DNA of 62,934 bases, counting the filler, from Stramenopiles sp. TOSAG23-2 (taxonomy: Eukaryota): the NCBI GenBank assembly GCA_900128395.1. It is 17 parts of 17 records of this genome, joined end to end, with 100 filler letters (N's around TTAATTAATTAA, not from the genome) between each part and the next. Parts side by side here need not be neighbours in the genome. Positions count along the whole stretch, not along the records: positions 23,291 to 27,064 come from LT651107.1; positions 27,165 to 30,936 come from LT651108.1; positions 31,037 to 34,796 come from LT651109.1; positions 34,897 to 38,648 come from LT651110.1; 13 more parts are not named here. One strand, 5' to 3'. Below are positions 24,647 through 36,941 of this stretch, one piece after another. Every line of letters begins with the position of its first letter. The first letter of the stretch is position 1. The notes under the pieces are model-generated. The model worked only from the letters and a program-made list of their open reading frames with translations. It was not told the origin of the DNA and ran no database searches. The position numbers were made by a program, and so were the translations under genes.

Positions 24647-26095
24647 ATGGCGCAACTACTGGAAACAAATGGTACTTCCATCAGAACTTCCAATAATAAT
24701 ATGGATTATGTCAAATTATACAACCAAAGTGAAAATGAACTAATCAATGAAGTAATGCCATTTTGGTTAAATTTTGGTATTGATGAACAATATGGTGGAT
24801 TTATATGTGGGTTGAAACACAATGGTGACATTGATGATGATAGCAAATATGCATGGTATCAAGGTAGAGGTGCATGGATTATGTGTAAATATTATGAAGG
24901 ATATAAACAAGATCCAAAGTATTTAGATATTGCACGAAATAGTTTATTATTTACATTAAAACATTGTTGTAACTGGGAGGAAACAAAAGTGATTGAAAAA
25001 GAAAAATGTATTACTGCATACATTGATGGTGACGATACGAGTAGTGATTTGAAAAATTTGAAATTAAAACATTGTTTGACTATTGTAAATAGAAATGGAT
25101 CGATTATGGATGGTCGTACAGAAGTTGATAAAGTTGGATATGCCATGTGTTTTTTAGCGGAAGGATTAATTGCATATTCAACATTATGTAACAAACATGA
25201 GGCTGGAAAAGTAAATAATGAAAATGGTAATAAAATCGTAAAATTAGCAATTCAATTGATTAAATATTTTTATAAAATGGCAAATGATCCTAATCGTGAT
25301 GCACCAGAATCATATTTATTAAATACTCCATATGTTAAAGGAACGCGTACATTAGGGCATAGTATGATTCCTTTACGTTTTTGTACTCAACTTTTAAGAA
25401 ACAACGATGGTTTATTATCTGAGGAAGATCGAACGTATGCAACAAAACTTGCAAATGAATGTGTTACTAATATTTTAGATCGACATTATGATAAAAAATG
25501 GAATTTAGTCCGTGAAGAGATGAATCATGACTGGTCTCAACTGAATAATAATAGTAATTCTCCAGTATTATTTTATTTAGGACATGCCATTGAATCATTT
25601 TGGATGGTAATGGATGAAGCATTACGTGTTAATGATGAGAAATTATTCCATAAAGCATCTTTATATTTAAAACGGCATTGTGAATGTTGTTATGATGAGT
25701 TGACGGGTGGATTAGTTCGTGGTATATCAATTGGTGATGATCATAATGATAAATGTTTGAAAGATAAAGTAGCATGGGTACAGCAAGAAGCATTAGTTGG
25801 TACATTAATGGCAATACGATATTCTAAAAATCAAGCAATTATAGATTGGGCTACAAATTATTTTAATAAATTATACAAATGGACGTATCAATATTTTCCA
25901 TTGAAAAATTATGGAGAACAAAATTACAGCTTGTGGATGGTTGGAAGTGATCGACGTGTTGAATTTAAAGAAACATATAGTTATGGCAATGCGGGATTGA
26001 AAAGTAGAAAAGAAAATTATCATCATCCACGTATGTTAATGTTATTTGTGAAATTTTGTAAAGCAAAGATATCATCTACTATACATGATGAATGA
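24647..26095 (+). CDS. N-acylglucosamine 2-epimerase (AGE/RENBP family)
   Basis: VMPFWLNFGIDEQYGGF, KYAWYQGRGAW, LGHSMI, GHAIESFWMVMDEA, KVAWVQQEAL and KENYHHPRML motifs; intronless, 482 aa. Confidence 0.9.
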   Translation: MAQLLETNGTSIRTSNNNMDYVKLYNQSENELINEVMPFWLNFGIDEQYGGFICGLKHNGDIDDDSKYAWYQGRGAWIMCKYYEGYKQDPKYLDIARNSLLFTLKHCCNWEETKVIEKEKCITAYIDGDDTSSDLKNLKLKHCLTIVNRNGSIMDGRTEVDKVGYAMCFLAEGLIAYSTLCNKHEAGKVNNENGNKIVKLAIQLIKYFYKMANDPNRDAPESYLLNTPYVKGTRTLGHSMIPLRFCTQLLRNNDGLLSEEDRTYATKLANECVTNILDRHYDKKWNLVREEMNHDWSQLNNNSNSPVLFYLGHAIESFWMVMDEALRVNDEKLFHKASLYLKRHCECCYDELTGGLVRGISIGDDHNDKCLKDKVAWVQQEALVGTLMAIRYSKNQAIIDWATNYFNKLYKWTYQYFPLKNYGEQNYSLWMVGSDRRVEFKETYSYGNAGLKSRKENYHHPRMLMLFVKFCKAKISSTIHDE

Positions 26096-26248
26096 CAATT
26101 CCGAAATGTAAATGTTTTTAACTGTAATTGTTTTAATCATAAATTATTCATTGATGATGATGATGATAAGAAGAAGAAGAAGATAATAACAATTCATTTA
26201 AAAGGATTTGCTAGTAGATTAAATTTTAAACATGAAGAAACTAAAAAT

Positions 26249-26788
26249 ATGGCAGATTCATTGATTGAATTTGTCTCAAAGCAACTTGCAGCAGAAAATT
26301 TTGCCACTGTATGTATTATTTGGGATGGAGATTCATATAGTGATGATAGTTTCACTGCATTAATACCACGTATTTATAATAGTTTGTATAAAACACAAAG
26401 AAAGATCCATTTAATTGCATTTGTTCAAAATGAAGATAAATATGATACTAAGAAATCATTTTTAGAAACATGGAATAAAAAAAACAATAATATGCCCATT
26501 TCTTTATATACGACAAAAAATTTTGGTGATTATGGAGGAAATAATAATGATGACCCTTTTGCATTACTTGGACAACATGCATTAAATAAAACAGGAGCAA
26601 AACATATTGTTTGTTTTGGAGGTGGGAATTGTTTAAAAAAAGAGTATGAACTAGGAAAAGAAGATGGAAGAACACTTTGTAAATGGTATGTGTATCCAGC
26701 CATGCGATATCATGAGAAAAAGAAAAAATGGGAGACTGCATCACTTGTAGATCATTTTGCAAATGAGTCAAATGTAATTATAATGTAA
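26249..26788 (+). CDS. Hypothetical protein (alpha/beta, WDGD motif)
   Basis: 179-aa ORF with ordinary composition, IIWDGDSYSDDSFTALI and VCFGGG motifs; family not recognised. Confidence 0.55.
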   Translation: MADSLIEFVSKQLAAENFATVCIIWDGDSYSDDSFTALIPRIYNSLYKTQRKIHLIAFVQNEDKYDTKKSFLETWNKKNNNMPISLYTTKNFGDYGGNNNDDPFALLGQHALNKTGAKHIVCFGGGNCLKKEYELGKEDGRTLCKWYVYPAMRYHEKKKKWETASLVDHFANESNVIIM

Positions 26789-27600
26789 TAATAGAGAGAG
26801 GGGGAGGGAGAGAGAGTGTTTGTGTGTGCGTCTGTAAATTCTCTTTTATATATAATTATAATTTTTACATTTTTCAGTACTTTTTAAAAAAGATATATAA
26901 TATATATATATTTTACACAAAAATATATGATATTCTGCATTATATGTTGTACAAAAAAATATCTCGTATGTATCATACAAACTCTACATCTTTGAAGCTG
27001 GTGGTGTATCAATTATTGCAGGTGGCGCAACAAAATTAAATATGACATTCGCTACAACAGTAGANNNNNNNNNNNNNNNNNNNNNNNNNNNNNNNNNNNN
27101 NNNNNNNNTTAATTAATTAANNNNNNNNNNNNNNNNNNNNNNNNNNNNNNNNNNNNNNNNNNNNTTTATGGTAAAGATATGTATACCTTGGTCAATTGTC
27201 ATGTTGTTTATATATATGACATATGTATATTAAGAAAGAATGTAGAAAATGAGTATAATTTGTTTATTCTTTAAATAGTAAAGTAAAAAGGTTTGATTAA
27301 TTAAATATAATATATATATATATATATAATTAATAATAATAAAAAGGCAGAGACTATTGGTAATTGCACTATTATAGTATTATTTATTAAATAAAAAAGG
27401 CTGATGATTCTGGTGACAATGGTGTGGCCTGTTAACGGGATTACTTGACTTTGGTAAAAAATTAAATATTACCAAAGTTTTTTTGTTTGTGTTTGTGGTT
27501 TGCTGGTTTGCTGAAGAGGATTGCACGATCCTTATTTTAATGCTGTCTACCTGCTAATTTCCGCTACCTGAGTCTATACAGTACGTATAGCTATATGATA

Positions 27601-27725
27601 GAGCAGCTGACATTTAAAATGAACAAAAATCCTCCGCGCCGAATCCTCCGCGCCGAACTAAATTTTATCGAATTCTCATTTTCACCAAAATTGACCAAAA
27701 ATAAAAATATACTAAATTATTATTT
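27601..27725 (+). repeat. Left terminal inverted repeat (125 bp) with tandem 14-mer AATCCTCCGCGCCG x2
   Basis: Exact reverse complement of 30467-30591. Confidence 0.95.
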
Positions 27726-28013
27726 GAAATTATATCATCAAAAATAATCAAAATTTCAAAATTCAATATTATTATTTTTATTATTTGTATTTTTTATTAT
27801 TACCATATATACCTGTACTGTATACAAAATAAAATAACAAAAAAAGTAAAACAAACACAGAAACGTGTAAGAAAAAACAACAACATACAAACATAACGAT
27901 AGTTCATCATTTCCCAAACAACAACAACAATAACAAAAGAAAAAAAACAGTGTTAACAACAAAAATCAGTGTTTAATTATTAGAACATAACAAATCTAAT
28001 TAATTAGTACATA

Positions 28014-28753
28014 ATGAATACATTTAGTGTTTCAGAAAATGCTACGAAAGTACCAAAACGTTCTCATCGTGAAGTGCTTGACGCATGTGTAGTTACGAAG
28101 GAAACAATTGGAGAATGCTCAGCTTTTTTACAGCTACTTCTATTTGAATTTAGCATAGGTGACTTATACATGGTTTTACGTACTACAGATAAAGAAGCAT
28201 TGGTAGACAAGAGCGATAATAGCAGTACCGTTAAGTATAAACAAGTAGAGGTTCATACATCAAGGAAGCATCGGCGAAAATTATACCTGAATATAATGTG
28301 ACCGCAATATCTAATGACGACGATAAAGGCAATGAAGCTATTATGAAACTTGTGAAACACTTAACATCCGATACTAAAGCTACTGGTACTTTCCTAGACC
28401 CGTTATCATTTGTTTTGAATAATGCTAAAATGCTATTACAGCAAGCATCAAATTTGAAAAACAATCGAGATTATGATAAAGACATATGTAAAAATTTAAG
28501 AAAGACGGCAGTAGAAAACGACCGTGTAAAATTAAAAGAGTTAGCTAAGTTTTTCTTTGATAAAAACAAAACAGAGTCTGTTAAAAAGGAAGAATTTTCC
28601 AAAGTTTTTTCAAAAGCGTCTGATGTAATTTGTCAAGAAGTGCAACATTGGATTAATGATGACAACAACACAAATGTTCATCCCTTATACGATATGTTAT
28701 TAAAATATTATGATAATCATCTTGTTCAACAAGATTATGACAATATGTTTTAA
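28014..28753 (+). CDS. Transposon passenger ORF of unknown function, split by one frameshift
   Basis: 95-aa and 151-aa ORFs. The second frame is open from 28241, overlapping the first (ends 28301) in the -1 frame. Lies inside the TIRs, convergent with the transposase. Confidence 0.5.
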
Positions 28754-29158
28754 ATGTATAACTTAGATTTACACAACCACAATAAATGTATTATTGATGC
28801 TTGTACAAAAAGAAAATCAAATTATTTTTGTGCACTGTACTCGTATATAATATACCAACACGTATATATTATTAAAAGATGATGGTAAAATATAAAACAT
28901 ATATTACCCAGTATATTAAAAAAGACTTCAGCATTACAAATACAATACGGGAGGTCGTATATTATACAGACCCAGGAGTAATGCTAAATCATGATAATGT
29001 AACTAACACTAAAACGAGGATGTTCTCGAGACAAAATTAAGATAAAACCGTATCAAAAAAACAGGGGGATACGTGTACCATGGAAAATATTTTAAAACAT
29101 TGTATTTAAAAGATTTTAATATTTTATGTTTTATCTTCTACGTCGTTTTATCTCTCTA

Positions 29159-30325
29159 TCAATTAAAACCAACATCAAAACTTTTTTCAATCTCTCTCCT
29201 TCTTTTTTTTTTCCGATCTTTTATTGCTACATAATCTACTAACGCTAAATTTTTAATGCATTTAATTGATTTATAATAATTAAACATCATAGAATGATCC
29301 ACTGCATCTAATGCAAGTAAATGCTTTTCATATGCATTTGGTAATGATTCCAATCGCCTTAGTCTCGCTTTATAAACATTAAAACACTTTTCGATCGGAT
29401 TTAACCATGGTGCATAAGCTGCTGTCCATATTATTTTTGCCCCAACTCCCTCTATCATTTGCACAACCAAATCATCTTTGTGTATAGATGCATTGTCCAT
29501 CACTACCACACTATTTGGTAGTGGATATGGCTTTAAATTTGGAACCAGTTTTTCTTCGACATATGAAACAAACCTTTCCGAATCAACTGTTCCACGACTT
29601 GGATCCTGATCGGTAGCACTTCTTTTGGCAAAGACAACTTCACATGCAGGGCGTATAAATCCATCAATATTGACAGCCCCAATAAATGTGTAATTATCTC
29701 TTGACGATGCATCAAACAATACTCGTCTTATCGCTGCTGTGCCTTTTTTGCTTCTTCCTCGTCGTCTTCTGCCATCATTTCTTGATCGATGAGTTTCATC
29801 TACAAACACAAGTTGACGAGGATCGTCAACTGTCGCTAATAAACATTGACGATATACATGTTCCTCATACTCGCAAGCTTGTGATGCCCTTTCCTGTAAA
29901 ACTTTACTAGTTAACTTTTCATCTAATAAACATCTTGAAATAGCTTTGAGTGTAAATATAACGTTAGTCCTTTGATGAATATAATGTTGAAGTTCGTCTA
30001 AAAATAAGTATGGTTTTCTAGTGATTTCATCAATAATCATTCTTTTGACTATAGAATTGATTACTTTTGGTCGTCCACACCGTAAGTAATACTTCCTTGT
30101 GATTTTCGGTGGCTCCCCAAACAGATCGAAATGTTGTTTCCATCTCCATAATGTAGTATATGGAACGCTATGTGGAGCATTATTTTTATTATTACTAGCT
30201 TGCCATGGTGATAATCCAGTAACGTCTAAAAAAAGCAACATAGCTGCTTGTATTTTTAAACTCCAGTGACTTCGCTCAGCACTTAGGAAATCATCCATGT
30301 CATACGTTATATTGTTGCCATTCAT
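29159..30325 (-). CDS. IS630/Tc1-family DD34E transposase
   Basis: HTH region (VPYTTLWRWK..GRPKVI..PYLFLDELQ), FVDET, VMDNASIH, then 34 residues from that D to the E of YAPWLNPIE; intact 388 aa. Confidence 0.93.
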   Translation of the reverse strand: MNGNNITYDMDDFLSAERSHWSLKIQAAMLLFLDVTGLSPWQASNNKNNAPHSVPYTTLWRWKQHFDLFGEPPKITRKYYLRCGRPKVINSIVKRMIIDEITRKPYLFLDELQHYIHQRTNVIFTLKAISRCLLDEKLTSKVLQERASQACEYEEHVYRQCLLATVDDPRQLVFVDETHRSRNDGRRRRGRSKKGTAAIRRVLFDASSRDNYTFIGAVNIDGFIRPACEVVFAKRSATDQDPSRGTVDSERFVSYVEEKLVPNLKPYPLPNSVVVMDNASIHKDDLVVQMIEGVGAKIIWTAAYAPWLNPIEKCFNVYKARLRRLESLPNAYEKHLLALDAVDHSMMFNYYKSIKCIKNLALVDYVAIKDRKKKRRREIEKSFDVGFN

Positions 30326-30466
30326 TGTTTATTTTAAATGTACAGATCGTTATATATATGAATAGATTATTATTCTATAGACGACTAAACAGATATATAC
30401 ATATATTTAATATATATAATTATTATTTTAAATAATAATAAATATTTATACAGCAGTATGTGCTAT

Positions 30467-30591
30467 AAATAATAATTTAGTATATTTTTATTTTTGGTCA
30501 ATTTTGGTGAAAATGAGAATTCGATAAAATTTAGTTCGGCGCGGAGGATTCGGCGCGGAGGATTTTTGTTCATTTTAAATGTCAGCTGCTC
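30467..30591 (-). repeat. Right terminal inverted repeat (125 bp)
   Basis: Exact reverse complement of 27601-27725. Confidence 0.95.
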
Positions 30592-32495
30592 TAGTGCGAT
30601 ACGCTCCTTGCTCCATTTTAAAAGGGGGTAATAATCCTTCTTCTTCTTCAAAAAAAGTGGTGGCGTTATTATTGTTCATGTATGTATTATATATATGTGG
30701 TTAGTCATAATAAATAGATTGTCGTCTATATATTAGTATAGACTACAGAATGATTCTTTATATATCGATACATTAATACATTATATTAATACTACTAGCT
30801 CCTATACCAGGTGGTAGACTACAGTAGCCGCCTTCTCTTCTTCCAGCCTTCTGGCCTTCCGCCTTGTGCCCTTCTTCTTACAGCCTCATAACAATAATAA
30901 TAATTAATTAAGGTACTGGCCACAGGTATTGTTAGANNNNNNNNNNNNNNNNNNNNNNNNNNNNNNNNNNNNNNNNNNNNTTAATTAATTAANNNNNNNN
31001 NNNNNNNNNNNNNNNNNNNNNNNNNNNNNNNNNNNNACTTCGACAACCTCACCGTTTTCGAATGAACCCGGCGTCCAGCCCGTTCAACGAGCGCGCATGG
31101 AAGGATAGAAACCTACTTGTGCTTATTTATTTTTTTACCTTTCGTAATATATATATATATGACCCATATATATATTATATATAATTTTAGATCTCGAGAA
31201 CGAAAATTAGATTCTCGTGAAACTTGATGTACATTTTAATACTACTTATATTGTTTTCTGAATCGATTAATAATATATATATATATGTATAATACATCAT
31301 TGAACCAACTTCTTCAACAAATACAATGCTGACCATGATAACCATGATCGACATTCTTTCACGATATCAAACGACGGTATGTCCACTTTCTTAAATTGAA
31401 ACATGGATACTTGTGCTTATTGTTGTTGCACCTCTTCTTCCTTTCATGCAAATTTTATCCTATTAAATCTAATTCCATTTCTTCGTGTATTTTATTGCTT
31501 GAATAATATTCTTACGATATCTCCTCAACATTATTATCATTCACTAATAATTTATTTTTATTTAGCATTAAATGGGACAATGAATGCTATGTTATACAGA
31601 TTGTTCGTCCGTTTAAATAATCTTTAAAGGATACAATGGCATACTGTAATACATTTATAATAAACGATCTCCCCCAACTTGTTTCTAAAATGATTGATAA
31701 TTCCATTTTTATTGTATACCTTCTATAGGTTACAGTTATACTTTTTCGATATGTATCTATATATCTATCAATATATATATATATATAGTTCTAGAATAGT
31801 GTTTGAATGTAACTATAGATAGATGTACTTCAATATAATATCTTTACTATGGACGAAAATGACTAACATTTATAAAAAATGGTAAAAATATCGTAAGTTT
31901 GAAAAGTATGAAGGAAGCAATACTTTTTGGATCGACTTAACCCGGCTTCTTATATGGTTATATACAATCGATTTATGCATTGATTTATGAAAAATCATAA
32001 ATTTTTTCTTTGATACATATACGATATATATGAATGTATCTATATATTTATATTTATTATAATATGTATATATATAGAATAGAAATTAACACTAATGACT
32101 ATATGAAATATAAGCTAACAAAATGCGTATAAAAAAATTGAATTATTCTCACTGATGATTTTGATGATTTTTAGTTAAGGTGGTGAAAATTAGGGCCCTC
32201 TAAATTTCGGTGAACATGTGTTCCGAAGGTGTATGGTATATGACAAAAAGGAAAGATTAATGCACATTATTATAGATAGATTGATTGATGAAAGACCACT
32301 AGAGAGAGATGATAAAACATTTTCATGTTCACATTTAGTTATATATAATCGAATATAACGTTCACTGGTGAACATCCATACATTTTCATATAAATAGTCA
32401 GTTACGAACATTCATTTCTTTCCATTTTCGTATATATATATAGTAGTAGTATATTTTTTACGTTACATATATATACATTGCAAATTAAAAAAAAC

Positions 32496-33649
32496 ATGTC
32501 ATTTTCATGGACACGATGTGTTGGTTTTGATTCGACAAATAAAATGTGTCCACCTAGAAATTTTCACACAACTAATGTGGTTGGGGATAATATATTTATA
32601 ATAGGTGGTACATCCGGGCAAAAATTCTTTGCCGACGTGAAGAAAATCAAATTAAAAGATTTAAATGGTGATGCATCCACGCCACGATGGGATATACCGT
32701 CATACCATGATTTATTTTCCTGGATTAACACGTTATGTACGGCAACGAAAATATCACAAGAATAATAATAATACGAAAAAAACATCTTCTAGTAGTATTG
32801 CGGATGATTGGGAATGGACTGCAATTCCTGTACATAGAGTCTATATATTTGGTGGTAGTGATCGAAAAGCTCAATTTGGTGATTTATATTATGCTGATCT
32901 AGAACCTGCATTAAATTGGCAAATGCATTCAAAGCGCATGAAAATACCAGATACATGGCCTACGGCTAGAATTGGTTGTACATTGACCCCGTTGATACCA
33001 CGTATTGCAATGAAATCTACGGATTTAAAGAAAACAAAGAAAAACGGCGATGGTGGTAGTGGTGATGATGCTAATGCATCACCATCAAATATATTAGATG
33101 AAGAATATACTAATGCTAAATTAAAAAATGCGGAAATGGTCTTGTTATTAGGTGAATTCGTTTCTAAAATTATACCCACCATTGAAAAATTTATGCAATA
33201 GCAATACAGTACAATCACGTGTAGTTGAAAATGTAAAGAAAGGACAATTGGAATCATTCATAAGATCGATTAAAACGAATGCATTAGATGTACAATTAGA
33301 GAAAAATAATGGATTGCCATCGTTTCAACCATTTTCACGATCGAGATTTGGTGCATGTGCTCTTGGTCATGATACGATTTTAATGTTTGGTGGTCGTTTT
33401 AAAGATACATTGGAATCATCATGTCTATGGTCCCTTCGACCATGGTGGAAAGGTACAGAACATAATTCCAGATTAATTACTGGTGGTAGTAATGATGGAA
33501 TTCGTTCATTTGGAAACAATAGTAGTAATAGTAGCCATGTAGATAGTGGTAGTGATAATGCAAGAGATTCGTTTTATAGCACGGAAAGTGAAGGATATTC
33601 AACAGATGGTGGTTATTATACAAGTGGTGCGGAAGAGGATGATGATTGA
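32496..33649 (+). pseudogene. Kelch-repeat protein interrupted by two frameshifts (pseudogene or assembly error)
   Basis: PPRNFHT..VGDNIFIIGG, RHTMI..VYIFGG..FGDLY, WPTARIG.TL and SRSRFGA...ILMFGG occur across three overlapping ORFs in different frames. Confidence 0.55.
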
Positions 33650-34034
33650 GAAAGATGAACGGTGGAAGAAGTCAAATATTTGTTGAGAGAGAGTGTGTGG
33701 TGTTTTACAATAAAAATGCTTTTTTTTTTATATTTGCCAAATGGTACACATATATTTTAAGATTTTGTATGTGCTGGTGGATTTTTTTGTTTCTTTACCT
33801 CGCACCCTCTCTCTCTCTCTGTTTTAATTACGACGTAAAATATCTACAAAACACTGAAACTAGTACATTACCAGGATTACACACACTTTTTCTTTTGGAA
33901 AAATTGTATTATTTATTATTAATACGAAAGCCATATACTATACATCATATATATTATCATATATATATATACCACTTGTTTACTTTTACGGAACTATCAT
34001 TATTTTACATACACATATATACAATGCTAAAATC

Positions 34035-34340
34035 TTATTTTTTATCTCGTTTGTATAAATTTTTTATATGATATGGCATTGTGGATTTATGTTTAGTACG
34101 TGATTTCTTTTCTAAATCAAGGCATTTACTAAGTTTTAATATATGAGTATAACACGACATTTTCGTAGCATTAGGTCTATTATAACAGTCCATAAAATCC
34201 GTGAATTCCTTATTGCATGGTGCCCACTCTTTGCGAGCTTTCCTACCGTGCTTCTCTAAAATCTTCTTCGGCGGCAGATAAGTTGGCTTACTCTTTTGAA
34301 AAAAATCTACAGTATGTTTACCAAAACGTTTTCCACTCAT
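34035..34340 (-). CDS. Twin CX9C protein, mitoribosomal mS37 (CHCHD1/Mrp10)-like
   Basis: PC-x9-C...C-x9-C (CNKEFTDFMDC; CYTHILKLSKC), basic, C-terminal KSTMPYHIKNL. Confidence 0.7.
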   Translation of the reverse strand: MSGKRFGKHTVDFFQKSKPTYLPPKKILEKHGRKARKEWAPCNKEFTDFMDCYNRPNATKMSCYTHILKLSKCLDLEKKSRTKHKSTMPYHIKNLYKRDKK

Positions 34341-34896
34341 TATTTGATATTATTATTTTTATTATTATTATTATTAATAATATTTTAATTTAATTAATTA
34401 CAAAAAAAATATATAATCCTCACTAAAAATTGGTCAAAAAATATGTATATATTATAAACTATTATTTAAATATACTATATTACGTATACGTGCAACAGAC
34501 CAGTAATTACAAAGAAAGGTGATTTATATATTTACTCTCTGTTACTTGTACAATCATCTTGCATTAGATGTATATATATTTGTGTTAAATCGAATAATTA
34601 TTCATTTATTTATTTATTTTTCCCATAGTTTAAATAGTGAATCGTGTTATAATAATAAAAATGCAAATCGGTTTGTGTAAAAATCTGGCTCTGTGTGCAC
34701 GTGCACAAAGTACAAGAATAATGTACTATTTAGAATACAAAAATATGAACCATTTGATAGGTCATTCACCGTGTTTACAAATTTAAATGACAACTTNNNN
34801 NNNNNNNNNNNNNNNNNNNNNNNNNNNNNNNNNNNNNNNNTTAATTAATTAANNNNNNNNNNNNNNNNNNNNNNNNNNNNNNNNNNNNNNNNNNNN

Positions 34897-36941
34897 CCAA
34901 GAAAAAGGAGCTACTAGCTCGCAGAGAAGCATTTGAGGCAAGGAGAAGGGAGCACGAGCGAGATTTGAAAGAAAAAGAAGCTAGGATGATGAAACAACGA
35001 CATGATGACCATCAAGAAATGGCGGAGTCAGAAAAACGTCGTTTACAGATCCAATCCGAATATGATCAGAAAATAAATACACGTGAAAAAGATCGTATTA
35101 GTCGTAATGAACAAGATCGATTAAGGAGACGTGGAGACTTGGATGAGGGACCGCCTTATTTAGGTGCAGATGATGCACCAATCATGAAGCTTCGATTGAA
35201 ACGAAGTGATGGTACGGAACATAAATGTGAAATCCGTGCACTAGTCGATGGAGATAGCCAAGATGATGCGCGTGTCCGTGTAGAATACATCTTGAGCAAA
35301 GAGGGTATCAGTTTAGATCGAGCAAATAAGGTCATTAAAGCATTGTTATCGTTTTCAAAGAAAAAAACGCAATATAAAGCAGATTGGTCAGCAAAGAGGG
35401 TATCAGTTTAGATCGAGCAAATAAGGTCATTAAAGCATTGTTATCGTTTTCAAAGAAAAAAACGCAATATAAAGCAGATTGGTCCCCACAACGAAGTTCT
35501 AGAAGTAGCCGTATATCAACACCTAAAAGTAGTGGTCGAAGTACACCATCAAAAGGTGGAAGAAGTGCAGATCCAACCATGAAATTTAATAGTAATGTCC
35601 AGTTCTATGCAGCTGATACTGGTTTGACATTTGATGTGGAAAAAGATAGTGATGGGAAAAGCGTATTTACAGTGCAACATGTCGCACATAGCTCCGAAGC
35701 TGCTGCTAAAATATGGAAAGGTGATAAGTTGTTGAAACTTGGTGCAAATGATATAGAACCAGATGCAACTTTAGGAGATATACGTAAAATATTAGACGAG
35801 AGCAAACGGCCAGTAACGTTGTTCTTTCAGAAGTCCCCACCATATTTAGGTTCCACGAAAGCTGCCATTTTTTCCACATTAATTAAAGATAGTAAGCGAC
35901 AAAAAGTAAAATTGAACATACGCAGCTTAGTCGATCCAGATAATGAGTTACATGCAGAACAACGCGCTGCGTGGTTTTGCATGATTAACGATGTTTTAGA
36001 AGTAGATAAAATTAAGAGGGCACTGATTGATTTCAGTAAAAAGAATGGATATACACCTCCTCCAGCACCTCGTGTGAAAACTCCACCAAAAGTAAAAATT
36101 GATCGTAAGAAAGAACCTGGTGAATTTGATTTGTATTTCCAAGACGGGCCTTTGGGTATGTCAATTGATCATCACGATGGAAGTGAAGATGTACATGTAA
36201 TAGCTATGAGTAAAGATGGCCAAGCTGCTGGATTCAAAAAGATTAGAATAGACGATATTATTGTCATGATAGCTGACACTGTTGTATTAGGACAAACAAC
36301 AAATGAGGTGAAAAAAGTTATTGTTGCACATGAACGTCCTTTACGAATTCGATTTCGTCATGAAAACGGATTGGATGATGAAGAGGATGCCAACAAATGA
36401 GGTGAAAAAAGTTATTGTTGCACATGAACGTCCTTTACGAATTCGATTTCGTCATGAAAACGGATTGGATGATGAAGAGGATGCACAACTGAAAAATGAT
36501 CAAGCCAATGCTAAAAAGGATTCGGATGCCAAGAAAGAAGCGGATGCACAAGCTGCAAAGATTGCTGCATATAATAATACGAAGTATGAGGTAGAGACTG
36601 ATAAAGATGGCAAAGTATTGTTTAATGGAGCACCACCTCTTGTCGCGGCAATACATTCTGTAATGAAAGGATTGCAATTAATTGCATTTGGTGATGAATT
36701 AGAGCAAGAAACAATTCATGGACAAATTGAACAGGAAGATAAATATATTTTTGAAGATTTCGACAATGCAAGGACAAAGTTGTGGGGGTCAAAGTTAAAT
36801 GATGATATGATTAGTGCATTTAGTTCAGCTCAAAAAACTAAATATGATAAATTATTGGTGAAAAAAATTCAACCTGCAGCATATAAAAATTATACAAAAC
36901 GAATGGATGCTTTAGCAAAGGAAGCAAGGAAAAAGAAGTAA
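34897..36941 (+). CDS. Two-PDZ-domain protein with N-terminal coiled coil, 5'-truncated; frame breaks at two ~95-bp duplications
   Basis: TGLTF..VQHV..S.AA.KIWKGDKLL..RPVTLFF and GPLGMSI..V......GQAA...IRIDDIIV.I..RPLRIRF. The three ORFs join when the duplicated copies (35295-35484, 36297-36484) are collapsed. Confidence 0.7.

Larger units (their letters stand above)
27601..30591. mobile_element. Tc1/mariner-IS630 superfamily DNA transposon (DD34E), 2991 bp, TA target-site duplication
   Basis: Perfect 125-bp TIRs starting GAGCAGCTGAC (27601-27725 and 30467-30591), TA on both flanks (27599-27600, 30592-30593), internal transposase. Confidence 0.95.

Noticed and set aside
4266-26095. CASD1-like, GT14/DUF707 and AGE as a sialic-acid/glycan gene cluster
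   Set aside because: They lie on different unlinked contigs.
35295-36484. ~95-bp direct repeats causing frameshifts in the PDZ gene (similar ones near 19900-20120, 22000-22170, 22525-22700, 37238-37475, 37752-37990 and 60826-61090)
   Set aside because: Near-exact adjacent duplicates that break or pad conserved genes (RPB8 flanks, HACD); typical of unmerged overlaps at scaffold joins. Not CRISPR or recoding.
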